Source: Candidatus Omnitrophota bacterium | Lineage (GTDB): Bacteria; Omnitrophota; Gorgyraeia; JABMRN01; RBG-13-46-9 | DNA: 59,618 nt | Direction: 5' to 3' | Assembly (NCBI GenBank): GCA_020346285.1 | Contig: CP070780.1 | Coordinates: 164,265-223,882 of the forward strand | In this document: positions 47,265 to 56,287 of the stretch, piece after piece | Position numbering within the stretch: the stretch's first letter is position 1 | Layout of the letters: each line of letters starts with the position of its first letter | The notes under the pieces: generated by a model | Told to the model about the DNA's origin: nothing | The model's database searches: none | The model's input: the letters and a program-made list of their open reading frames with translations, nothing else | Made by a program: the position numbers and the translations under genes

Positions 47265-47971
47265 AGCTATCAGTTGTTATCCCTTGCTACAATGAGGCTG
47301 AAGGCGTAACTCAACTTGCTTCCAAGCTTAAAGAATTCGAACAGAACTTTACCGACCGCTATGAGCTTATTTTTGTAGATGATGGGAGCTCGGATTCTAC
47401 ATACGAAGAGTTGACTCGACTTTACAAAGATAGAAGTGGTAAAGACGTTAAAGTTATAAAACATCTCGAAAATAGAGGAGTCGGCGCAGCGCTTAAGCTA
47501 GGCATTCTGAGCTCCGAAGGAGATTATGTAGCAGCAATCGATAGCGACTGTACATATGAACCGGTTTATTTAGTTGAGATGTTCGATATCATAAGGAGAG
47601 AAAAAGCCGACATTGTTACCACTTCGCCTTACCATCCGGAAGGCTCAACCATCGGCGTGCCCGGCTACAGGTTATTTTTAAGCAGGAATCTCTCAAACCT
47701 CTATAGCTTCCTATTAAAAAGCAAGTTTTATACCTATACAAGCATGTTCAGGATTTATCGAAGAGACACTATCAAGAATATAGATTTTAAATCAGACAGC
47801 TTCCTGGCTATGGCTGAAATATTAATAAAGGCGCACAAAAAGGGATTTAAGGTAATAGAACACCCCGCTACTCTGAAAAGCAGAGAGTTTGGTGCCTCTA
47901 ACGCGAAAACGTTAAAGATGATAAAAGAGCATCTCTGTTTTATTTTTAAGTTGCTTGTGGGAAAAGAATAG
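47261..47971 (+). CDS. GT2-family glycosyltransferase (polyprenol-phosphate sugar synthase-like, DPM1/GtrB type)
   Basis: LSVVIPCYNEAEGV, FVDDGSSDST, IDSDCTYEP. 236 aa and soluble-sized. ATGA overlap with the upstream gene. Confidence 0.75.
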   Translation: MKLSVVIPCYNEAEGVTQLASKLKEFEQNFTDRYELIFVDDGSSDSTYEELTRLYKDRSGKDVKVIKHLENRGVGAALKLGILSSEGDYVAAIDSDCTYEPVYLVEMFDIIRREKADIVTTSPYHPEGSTIGVPGYRLFLSRNLSNLYSFLLKSKFYTYTSMFRIYRRDTIKNIDFKSDSFLAMAEILIKAHKKGFKVIEHPATLKSREFGASNAKTLKMIKEHLCFIFKLLVGKE

Positions 47972-49093
47972 ATGAAGAACGCCTCAAAAAATATAGCCCT
48001 GTTCATATTTAGTATGTTTTTATGCTTCATAGTCCTTGAGGTATCTTTAAGGATATACAACCCATTTCAATGGAGGATTAAGAGGAATAAAATTATCTTG
48101 CCGGTAAATAGAGTTTATGTTTTCGATAATATCAAAATAGATAAGCTTGACAAAAAAATCACCCACACCAAAAACTCACTTGGATTTAGAGGAGAGAATC
48201 CCCCAAAGGATTTGAATGATTATTTATCCATAATTATAGTAGGCGGAAGTACCGCTGAATGCTTTTATCTATCAGATAATAAAGCTTGGCCTTATTTAAC
48301 AAGTCAGAAACTCAAAAAGACATATGAACCCATCTGGTTAAATAATGCGGGGTTAGCCGGACATTCAACTTTTGGGCATTTAATCTTACTAAAGGATTAT
48401 TTAACAGAATTAAAACCTAAAATTATAATTTTCATGATAGGGGCTAATGATATAGCGAGAGATGACCTGAATCGATATGATAAAGTTACACTCAGAGGTC
48501 GTTATTCTTCTTTGAAAAACTTTATCGTTAAAAATAGCGAGGTAGCATTTGCTACAGCTAATGTTGTGAGAGTATTTAAGGCGCAAAAAATGGGGGTTAC
48601 CCATCGAAGTTTAAATATCGCGGAATCGGATAAACTGGAAATTTCGAAAGAAAAAATAGAAAGTGAGCTAAAACGGCATAAGAAAGAATATGTAGACGCT
48701 TATAAAAAAAGGCTTCTGCAAATAATTAGTACATCGCGGGAAAATGGAATAGAGCCAATTTTTGTTACCCAACCTATGTTATGTGGAGATGAGGTGGATA
48801 ATTTTACAGGGGTTTATTTAGGAAACGTTAAGATATCCGATTCGATAAACGGAAAATTATATTGGAAAGTTACGGAATTATATAATAATGCCACAGAAGA
48901 AATCGCAAATCGCACCGGCACTTTCGTTATCGATTTAGCCAATAAGATGCCAAAAAATTCTCTTTATTTCTACGATAATTGGCATTATACTAACGAGGGC
49001 GCGGAAAAGGCATCAAAAATAGTATATGCTGAATTGAACAAATATTTAGATAGAAACTACGAGGTATTTAAAAAGAAAAACTTAAGGAGATGA
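47972..49093 (+). CDS. membrane-anchored SGNH/GDSL-type hydrolase or acyl-transfer protein
   Basis: N-terminal hydrophobic anchor. SGNH-like blocks IVGGSTAECF, NAGLAGHST, MIGANDI, DNWHYTNEGAE. Confidence 0.65.
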   Translation: MKNASKNIALFIFSMFLCFIVLEVSLRIYNPFQWRIKRNKIILPVNRVYVFDNIKIDKLDKKITHTKNSLGFRGENPPKDLNDYLSIIIVGGSTAECFYLSDNKAWPYLTSQKLKKTYEPIWLNNAGLAGHSTFGHLILLKDYLTELKPKIIIFMIGANDIARDDLNRYDKVTLRGRYSSLKNFIVKNSEVAFATANVVRVFKAQKMGVTHRSLNIAESDKLEISKEKIESELKRHKKEYVDAYKKRLLQIISTSRENGIEPIFVTQPMLCGDEVDNFTGVYLGNVKISDSINGKLYWKVTELYNNATEEIANRTGTFVIDLANKMPKNSLYFYDNWHYTNEGAEKASKIVYAELNKYLDRNYEVFKKKNLRR

Positions 49094-49096
49094 AAC

Positions 49097-50326
49097 ATGA
49101 AATTACCGGCAGATTCTAATGCTACAGGAAGGGATTTGGGCCGAGAAGAAATTGCTTTATTAAAAGAAGTTATTGAATCCGGCACGCTCAATGCTACAAA
49201 GGGAACGATGGTCAAGAGGTTTGTTAAGGGGTTTGCCGAAATGTACGGGGTGCCCTTTGCCCACGCGGTTACTTCCGGAACAGCATCTCTCCATACGGCG
49301 CTCGCTGCCATAAACCCGGATCCAGGAGACGAGATTATTACCACCCCCATAACGGACATGGGTGGTATAGCGCCTATACTCTATCAGAACGCGATACCTG
49401 TTTTCGCCGACGTGGACCCGGTGACGCTTAATATTACCGCAGAAGCCATAGGGCCGAAAATTACAAAACGCACCAAGGCCATAATGGTCGTGCACCTATT
49501 CGGAAAACCGGCCGATATGGACCCTATCATGGCCATATCTAAAGAGCATAACATTCCTGTAATAGAGGACTGTTGCCAGGCCTATTTTGCCCAATATAAG
49601 GGCAAAAACGTAGGTACCATAGGCGATATAGGATGTTTTAGTCTTCAGCAGGGTAAGCATATGACTACAGGAGAGGGGGGTATAATAATTACCAAGGACC
49701 CGGAACTGGAAAGAAGGATAAGGCTCTTTATAGATAAGGCATGGGGATATGGGGATCCTAAACCAGATCATTATTTTCTGGCATTAAACTATAGGATGAC
49801 GGAATTACAGGGTGCCGCAGCCCTGGCTCAGCTTGCGAAAGTAAAAAACGTCGTAAAAAGACGCAGGGAAACGGCCTTGATGCTTACCGAGCGCCTGAAA
49901 GATACACCCGGCATAGCATTGCCCGAGTCAACGAGAAAAAGCGTTCATGTGTTCTGGAAGTATCCTCTTATTGTAGATACGGGTTTATTCGGCGTGGATG
50001 TGGTTCGGTTTTCGGCTATGCTTAAAGAAAGAGATATTTTCTCCGCGCCCCGGTATATTCAGAAACCGGCATTTATGTGCGAGGTATTGAGAGATAAGAG
50101 GACATACGGGAAGAGCCGGTGTCCGTATAATTGCCCTAGCAGGAAAAATGAAAAAGAGATAGTTTATGATATAGACGAGTACCCGGGTACTATGAAAGCA
50201 TTAGAAAGGGTTTTGGTTTTACCCTGGAACGAATTTTATACAGGGGAACATGTCGATTACATCGCAGAAAATATAAAGGAAGTCGCAAAATTTTATCTCT
50301 CAAGGAAAGAAAAAGAAAGGGTGTGA
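49097..50326 (+). CDS. DegT/DnrJ/EryC1/StrS-family sugar aminotransferase (WbpE-equivalent by context)
   Basis: VTSGTASLHTALAA. Candidate PLP lysine in CFSLQQGKHMTTGEGGIIITKD. RBS aaggag. Confidence 0.8.
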   Translation: MKLPADSNATGRDLGREEIALLKEVIESGTLNATKGTMVKRFVKGFAEMYGVPFAHAVTSGTASLHTALAAINPDPGDEIITTPITDMGGIAPILYQNAIPVFADVDPVTLNITAEAIGPKITKRTKAIMVVHLFGKPADMDPIMAISKEHNIPVIEDCCQAYFAQYKGKNVGTIGDIGCFSLQQGKHMTTGEGGIIITKDPELERRIRLFIDKAWGYGDPKPDHYFLALNYRMTELQGAAALAQLAKVKNVVKRRRETALMLTERLKDTPGIALPESTRKSVHVFWKYPLIVDTGLFGVDVVRFSAMLKERDIFSAPRYIQKPAFMCEVLRDKRTYGKSRCPYNCPSRKNEKEIVYDIDEYPGTMKALERVLVLPWNEFYTGEHVDYIAENIKEVAKFYLSRKEKERV

Positions 50327-51306
50327 TGAAAAAAATCAACATAGCGCTCATAGGTTGCGGGAGAATAGCGCAGGAACATTTAAAGGCTTTTACAAAGATT
50401 AAGAACACAAGAATACAATCGGTTTCGGATAATATGCGGGAAAAGGCGGAAAGTTTTGCAGAGCAGTATGGGTGTAGTGCCTATACCGATTATAGGGATA
50501 TGATAAGGTCTGAGAAGCTCGACGCCGTTATCATATGTACTCCTCCGAATGTCCATTCAAAAATATCAATCCTTGCAATGTCTAGAGGGCTTCATGTTCT
50601 TTGCGAGAAACCATTTGCATTAAATGAGAGAGAAGCCGAAAACATGTGCCGTTCCGCTAAAAAGAATAAAGTAGTGCTTATGATGGCGTCGAAATTCAGG
50701 TTTACAAACGACGTGGTAAAGGCGAAAGCCATAATAGAGTCAGGGTTTCTGGGGAGGCCCCTCCTTTTTGAAAATGTTTTTTGCAGCAAAGTCAACATGA
50801 CAGAACGCTGGAATTCCAAAAGAAGAATTTCTGGAGGCGGCGTTTTAATTGATAATGGAACACATTCCGTTGATATTGCCAGATTCCTTTTGGGGCCCAT
50901 AATCTTTATACAGGCCCAGTTTGGCTGCCAGGTTCAGAAGATACCGGTAGAGGATACAGCACGCATATATTTTCAGGGCAAATCAAAGATTATGGGTACA
51001 ATAGATTTAAGCTGGAGTCTGAATAAAGACGCGCCCAATTATATGAGTATTTACGGAACAGAAGGGACGCTTTTAATAGGGTGGAAGTCATCAAAATATA
51101 AATTGCACGAAAAGAATAAATGGAAAATATTTGGAACGGGCTATGATAAACAGAAGGCCTTTCTTAACCAGGGCAGGCATTTTATAGACTGTATAACCCA
51201 TAAAGCAAAACCCATAATCACGCCTATCGACGGATTGGAATCCGTTAAAGTTATTGAAAAGGTTTATGAATCCAGCAGAATGAACAAGTGGATAAAGGTG
51301 GGTTAG
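50326..51306 (+). CDS. Gfo/Idh/MocA-family NAD-dependent oxidoreductase (WbpB-equivalent by context)
   Basis: INIALIGCGRIAQEHL Rossmann motif, VLCEKPFAL, GGGVLIDNGTHSVD. The start is GTG 50323 or ATG 50326. Confidence 0.8.
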   Translation: MKKINIALIGCGRIAQEHLKAFTKIKNTRIQSVSDNMREKAESFAEQYGCSAYTDYRDMIRSEKLDAVIICTPPNVHSKISILAMSRGLHVLCEKPFALNEREAENMCRSAKKNKVVLMMASKFRFTNDVVKAKAIIESGFLGRPLLFENVFCSKVNMTERWNSKRRISGGGVLIDNGTHSVDIARFLLGPIIFIQAQFGCQVQKIPVEDTARIYFQGKSKIMGTIDLSWSLNKDAPNYMSIYGTEGTLLIGWKSSKYKLHEKNKWKIFGTGYDKQKAFLNQGRHFIDCITHKAKPIITPIDGLESVKVIEKVYESSRMNKWIKVG

Positions 51307-51320
51307 AAAGGGAGGACGGA

Positions 51321-51944
51321 GTGAAAAATGCTTCTGTGCACAAGAGAGCCATAATAGAGAAGTGCGTAAAAATTGGCCGTGGTACCAAGGTGTGGGACAA
51401 TGTCCATATAAGAGAAAAAGCCGAGATAGGCAAAAATTGCATTATAGGAGGCAAGACCTATATTGCCTATAATGTTAAAATCGGTAACCTTGTAAAAATA
51501 AATTCATTTGTTTATGTATGCACCGGAGTCACAATAAAAGACAAGGTCATGATATCAGCAGGGACAGTTTTCACGAACGACAAATTTCCGCGTGCAGTCA
51601 GGGGGAATTCAGAAAAACTTTTTACATCAGATCCCACCAAAGAAACGGAAGAGACCACCGTCGAAGAAGGCGTTACTATAGGCGCAGGGGCGGTCATAGG
51701 TTGCGGAATAACATTGGGCAAATATTGCATGGTGGGCATGGGCTCTGTCGTAACGAAAAATGTTTTACCGTATAGCCTTGTTTACGGCGTGCCGGCGAAG
51801 ATAAGGGGGTACGTTTGCCGATGCGGATACCCCCTCGGGATAAAGAAAAATTCGGCGATTTGCAACAATTGCGAAAATAGATATTTTGTTTCCAGAACAA
51901 AAAGCGGCATAAAGGTAGAGCCACAAAAGAAAACCCGAAAATAG
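51321..51944 (+). CDS. hexapeptide-repeat N-acetyltransferase (WbpD-equivalent by context) with a 4-Cys C-terminal tail
   Basis: Beta-helix repeats (IGRGTKVWDNVHIREKAEIGKNCIIGG...). Tail CRCGYPLGIKKNSAICNNC. I chose GTG 51321 because gggagg lies 6 nt upstream; ATG 51288 is the alternative. Confidence 0.7.
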   Translation: MKNASVHKRAIIEKCVKIGRGTKVWDNVHIREKAEIGKNCIIGGKTYIAYNVKIGNLVKINSFVYVCTGVTIKDKVMISAGTVFTNDKFPRAVRGNSEKLFTSDPTKETEETTVEEGVTIGAGAVIGCGITLGKYCMVGMGSVVTKNVLPYSLVYGVPAKIRGYVCRCGYPLGIKKNSAICNNCENRYFVSRTKSGIKVEPQKKTRK

Positions 51945-52068
51945 GATATTAATATATGAAAACCGACAACAAAACAAAAACATATTTTGAAGGGAAAACG
52001 GCGATTTCGATACTTCCTACGATAGTCCCCAGAAGCTTACGGATATTGTAAGGAGATTGTCCTGAGGG

Positions 52069-52082
52069 TTTCCTATAGGAAA
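52069..52082. promoter_or_regulatory. 14-nt perfect palindrome TTTCCTATAGGAAA overlapping the presumed RBS of the 2-epimerase gene
   Basis: Read directly. It lies 9 nt upstream of the ATG at 52091, in a 146-nt gap that is one of the few real gaps in the locus. Confidence 0.4.
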
Positions 52083-52090
52083 GAATAAAA

Positions 52091-53212
52091 ATGGCAAAAA
52101 AGATTATGTTTGTTTTCGGTACGCGGCCGGAAGTTATAAAGATGGCTCCGGTTATAGCGCTTGCAAAAAAATCCGGAAAGTTAGAACCGATCGTTTGCGT
52201 TACGGCTCAGCACCGTTATCTGCTGGATCAGGCGCTGGCCGAATTTGATATTAAGCCTGATATTGACCTCGACCTGATGAGGCCCAATCAGACCCTGGGC
52301 GGGATTATATCGCGCGTTATGCGCGGAATGAGGGATGTCTATCGCAATGTCCGGCCTGATTTGGTTCTCGTGCAGGGTGATACCACCACGGTTTTTGCCG
52401 CCTCTTTAGCGGCGTATTACGAAAATATAGACGTAGGCCACATAGAAGCGGGGCTGCGTTCCGGCGATGACCGGAATCCGTTTCCCGAAGAGATAAATCG
52501 GCGTTTCGTTTCGCTTATCGCAAGATATAATTTTTGCCCGACATCGGGCGCAAAAGAGAATCTATTAAAGGAGTCCGTAGATCCCAAAAAAATATTTGTA
52601 ACAGGTAATACCGTGATAGATGCTCTGGAGGTAATTCTTAAAGATATCAGAGATAGGAAACCGGCCGTGAATGGCATTAAGCCCAAATTTTTGCAAAAAC
52701 CATACGCCCTTATTACCGGCCACCGGAGGGAGAATTTTAACGGGGGAATAAAAAATGTATGCACGACTATCAGATCCCTTGCAAAAAGATATGCAGATTT
52801 TCACTGGTTATGGGCGGTGCACCTCAATCCGAATGCGAGAGACATTGTATTCCAGACGCTCGATGGTTTGTCAAATGTCAGATTGATAGAACCTGTACCA
52901 TATAGAGAATTTATATATTTGATGGAACATGCTAAATTTATCGTCTCGGATTCGGGGGGCGTGCAGGAGGAAGCGCCGTCTTTGGGAAAAACTGTTTTTG
53001 TAACAAGGGTTTGCACGGAACGGCCGGAAGCTCTTGAGTCGGGAACATCGGTTCTGGTCGGAACGGATCCGGATAATATGACAAAGCACGTGGAAGAGTT
53101 ACTAGAGGGCGCTCGCTCGCGCAAAGTGGCAAAAAATCCTTTTGGCGATGGAAAAGCCGCTGAAAAAATCATAGATGTTATCGTTAGAGGGAGTTGTAAG
53201 GAATTTAAATAA
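52091..53212 (+). CDS. UDP-N-acetylglucosamine(uronate) 2-epimerase, non-hydrolysing (WecB/WbpI family)
   Basis: MFVFGTRPEVIKMAPV, VQGDTTT, HIEAGLRS, SDSGGVQEEAPSLGK. 373 aa. Confidence 0.85.
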   Translation: MAKKIMFVFGTRPEVIKMAPVIALAKKSGKLEPIVCVTAQHRYLLDQALAEFDIKPDIDLDLMRPNQTLGGIISRVMRGMRDVYRNVRPDLVLVQGDTTTVFAASLAAYYENIDVGHIEAGLRSGDDRNPFPEEINRRFVSLIARYNFCPTSGAKENLLKESVDPKKIFVTGNTVIDALEVILKDIRDRKPAVNGIKPKFLQKPYALITGHRRENFNGGIKNVCTTIRSLAKRYADFHWLWAVHLNPNARDIVFQTLDGLSNVRLIEPVPYREFIYLMEHAKFIVSDSGGVQEEAPSLGKTVFVTRVCTERPEALESGTSVLVGTDPDNMTKHVEELLEGARSRKVAKNPFGDGKAAEKIIDVIVRGSCKEFK

Positions 53213-53242
53213 TGATTACACGGATTAAAAAAGATTACACAG

Positions 53243-53965
53243 ATGGATAGCAACATAGTAGTCGTCATACCGACATATAATGAGAAAGATAACATTGTAA
53301 GATTGATAGAAGAAATCAATCTACTTAAATTACCCATTGATATCCTTATCGTGGACGATAATTCACCTGATGGGACAGGGGACCTTGTGGCGTCGGCCAA
53401 AAAGACAAAGCCAAATTTGAATATCATACATAGAAAAAGAAAAGAAGGCTTAGGGCCTGCCTATATCGAAGCTTTTCGTTATATACTTAATAAAAAAAAC
53501 TATGATTATGTTGTCCAAATGGATGCGGATTTTTCACATGACCCAAAAGACATTCCTCGGTTACTGGAAGCGATTGAAGGATGCGGTGTTGTCGTAGGTT
53601 CGAGATATACAAAAGGAGGAAAGGTATCTGACACATGGAACCGTTTAAGAAAGTTTATATCAAAAAGTGGCAACCTTTATGCAAGGTGCATTACCGGCTT
53701 AAGGGTCAATGATTGCACTGCCGGATTCAAATGCTATAGAAAAGGAGCCCTGGAGTCATTAGATTTGAACAGGATGTTTTTGAATGGTTACGGATTCCAG
53801 GTGCAGATATTATATGAATTGAAAAAAAATAATTGCACGTTATGTGAGATACCTATCTTTTTTGATGACAGAAGAAGAGGCACCTCTAAAATGACTTTTA
53901 ACATTGTGTTGGAAGCATTTTTTTCTTTAGCGCTGATGAGGCTAAAAGAGAAATTTTTTGCCTAA
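53243..53965 (+). CDS. GT2-family polyprenol-phosphate sugar synthase (DPM1/Ppm1-like)
   Basis: VVVIPTYNEKDNI, VDDNSPDGTG, MDADFSHDP, GSRY. 240 aa. Confidence 0.8.
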   Translation: MDSNIVVVIPTYNEKDNIVRLIEEINLLKLPIDILIVDDNSPDGTGDLVASAKKTKPNLNIIHRKRKEGLGPAYIEAFRYILNKKNYDYVVQMDADFSHDPKDIPRLLEAIEGCGVVVGSRYTKGGKVSDTWNRLRKFISKSGNLYARCITGLRVNDCTAGFKCYRKGALESLDLNRMFLNGYGFQVQILYELKKNNCTLCEIPIFFDDRRRGTSKMTFNIVLEAFFSLALMRLKEKFFA

Positions 53966-54990
53966 TGAGGATACTATTTTTAACCATAGGTGATGAAACC
54001 ATCGCCAGTAGCAGGGTAAGGGTATATGGATATCTGCCGTTTTTGGCAGGGGAGGGTATCGGATATAGAATTCTCATCTTTACATCCAAGGCTAAGTGCA
54101 GACGAATACTTACATTAAAAAAGGATAATTTTCTACAACACATTTTTGAAATTTTCTATAAAATTTATATAATCGCAAAACTTCTTGTTCTGTCAAAAAA
54201 ATACGAAATAGTGTATGTACAGAAAGTAATATTGCCGAAAGCACTCTGGAAGATATTGCGAAAGCTTAACAAAAGAGTCATATTTGATTTTGATGATGCT
54301 ATTTATATTTATAAGGATATAAGTTATTTATTGAAAGACGCCGCGTGCGTTGTGGTTTCAAACAAAATCCTGAAGGAACGCGCCCTTGGATACAATAAAA
54401 GGATTTATGAATTGATAAGCCCGGTCAGCGTAAATAAACGCTTTCCAGCGCCCAAAGACGGTTCCGTTACGCTGGGATGGATCGGTTCGCCCGAGACGTC
54501 GAGATATCTTTTACCTCTAATGCCCGTATTTAGAGACTTGAAGGAAAAATTTGAAAATCTTGAAATAGAGTTTATGGGCGTAGCCCCTAATAAAGATTTT
54601 GCGTTATTGAACATAGGCATAAAAGATTGGTCGCTGGAAGCGGAGAAGGAATACCTAAAGAGACTTGCTGTCGGGATAATGCCTCTTAAGGACGATGAAT
54701 GGTCTCGGTCAAAGGCCGGCTATAAATTACTTCTTTACATGTCCAGAGGTATAGCCTGTGTGGCAAGCCCCGTAGGGATAAATATGAAAATTATAGAAAA
54801 CGGAAAAAGCGGTTTTTTCGCTACATCCAAAGATGAATGGTTTGAGAGATTATCAGTGTTGCTCAAGGACGCGAAGTTAAGAGGAAAAATAGCTGAAAGG
54901 GGAAGGATTCGCGCAAAAGAGCACTTTTCTTACGATAAAGTATTTCCCAAATTTTTGGAAATTCTCTATTTAACTGAAAATAGCACGTAA
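53965..54990 (+). CDS. GT-B glycosyltransferase (GT1/GT4-like)
   Basis: C-terminal pattern GIMPLKDDEWSRSKAGYKLLLYMSRGIACVASPVGINMKIIENGKSGFF. TAATG overlap with the upstream gene. Confidence 0.7.
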   Translation: MRILFLTIGDETIASSRVRVYGYLPFLAGEGIGYRILIFTSKAKCRRILTLKKDNFLQHIFEIFYKIYIIAKLLVLSKKYEIVYVQKVILPKALWKILRKLNKRVIFDFDDAIYIYKDISYLLKDAACVVVSNKILKERALGYNKRIYELISPVSVNKRFPAPKDGSVTLGWIGSPETSRYLLPLMPVFRDLKEKFENLEIEFMGVAPNKDFALLNIGIKDWSLEAEKEYLKRLAVGIMPLKDDEWSRSKAGYKLLLYMSRGIACVASPVGINMKIIENGKSGFFATSKDEWFERLSVLLKDAKLRGKIAERGRIRAKEHFSYDKVFPKFLEILYLTENST

Positions 54991-54991
54991 T

Positions 54992-56287
54992 ATGAAGAAA
55001 TTCTTAATCCTGCTATTTATTTTTGCACTGGCATTTTCCATACGGTTTGCTTATCTGTCTGCGAATCAGAGACAAATAGAATCAGATGAATGCTTATATG
55101 ACAGCCTAGCTATAAAACTGATAGAATTAAAGGGGTATGTAGGTTCAGAGGGTGTTCCTACCTCAAACAGACCGCCATTATACGCGGTTTTTCTGGCGCT
55201 CGTATATACAATATGCGGCCATGATTATTTTGCTGTGTGCCTCGTGCAGGCATTTTTGGGTTCCCTTGCCGTATGCTTCTTTTATTTAATAGCGGAGAAA
55301 ATTTTTAATGAACCCACTGCTATTCTCACCGGCATTTTTTCCTCCTTTTATATGGGTTATGTTTTCTATACGAATTTTTTATTAACGGAAACATTTTTTT
55401 CATTTATTCTAGCCGCAATAATACTCATAATAGTTAACATAAAACAGTCAAACGTAATTAGATTCTCGCTCCTCGGTTTGCTCTGTGGTCTTTTGACGCT
55501 TACTAAGTCAAGCGGTTTTTTCGTTTTTCTCATAGCACCTGTCGCGTTATGGGTTAAAACCAAGCGTGAAAAAGATTTTTTAAAAAAGATATTTTCTTCC
55601 TCCTTAGCATTGCTCTTATGTTTTGGACTTGTAATCCTTTCGTGGACTGTAAGAAACTACAAGGTACATGGCAAAATTATACCTATTTCTACAAATGGCG
55701 GGTTAAATATGTATCAAGCGGTAAGGCCGGCATATGGGAAAATACCTGAAATGGGACCTCGGGGAGACTCGATAGCGGAAAAAGGATTTGTGATCTCGAA
55801 TGAAACGGAAAGAAATGATTACTTCTTTAATATGGCACTGCAGGCATACAGGGAGGATGGCCTGGCAAGGATTTTAAAATCTTTTATTATCAGATTTTTG
55901 TTTTTCTGGGGTGCAATCGACTGGAATGTCACAGAAGGGGATATTATAAACTACCATTATGTTTTTATATTACCTTTTGCCCTTTTGGGAACTATATTTT
56001 CGTTTAAAAATAGAAAAGAAATTTTTGTCATATTACTTGTCATTTTATATTTTACATCGCTTATTTTATTATTTCAGGGTTGCGCCCGTTTTAGAATGCC
56101 CATAGACGGGTATATAATAATACTCGGATGTTACGGGATTTATGAATTGATAAACAGGCAGAGGGAAAAAATATATCTGGTTGCTTTAGTAGGGATTTAT
56201 TTTTTCTTTACATATATGTTATATCGACATTCATTGTATATTAAATATTTCATAAAAAGTGTAATGGAAAAAATAGGTTTATGGTAG
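54992..56287 (+). CDS. GT-C-type membrane glycosyltransferase (ArnT/PMT_2-like)
   Basis: About 11-12 hydrophobic segments. The first loop carries an acidic motif (ESDECLYD). Positioned after a polyprenol-P sugar synthase-like gene. Confidence 0.55.
   Translation: MKKFLILLFIFALAFSIRFAYLSANQRQIESDECLYDSLAIKLIELKGYVGSEGVPTSNRPPLYAVFLALVYTICGHDYFAVCLVQAFLGSLAVCFFYLIAEKIFNEPTAILTGIFSSFYMGYVFYTNFLLTETFFSFILAAIILIIVNIKQSNVIRFSLLGLLCGLLTLTKSSGFFVFLIAPVALWVKTKREKDFLKKIFSSSLALLLCFGLVILSWTVRNYKVHGKIIPISTNGGLNMYQAVRPAYGKIPEMGPRGDSIAEKGFVISNETERNDYFFNMALQAYREDGLARILKSFIIRFLFFWGAIDWNVTEGDIINYHYVFILPFALLGTIFSFKNRKEIFVILLVILYFTSLILLFQGCARFRMPIDGYIIILGCYGIYELINRQREKIYLVALVGIYFFFTYMLYRHSLYIKYFIKSVMEKIGLW

Noticed and set aside
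51956-52051. The 31-codon ORF in the 146-nt gap as a real small protein gene.
   Set aside because: There is no convincing RBS and no recognisable motif. It is kept only as part of the gap observation.
52801-53427. A 208-aa ORF on the minus strand spanning the 2-epimerase/GT2 junction.
   Set aside because: It lies antisense to two genes with strong family motifs. It has a low-complexity, Ser/Thr/Pro-rich composition, no RBS and no recognisable motif. This is typical of a shadow ORF.
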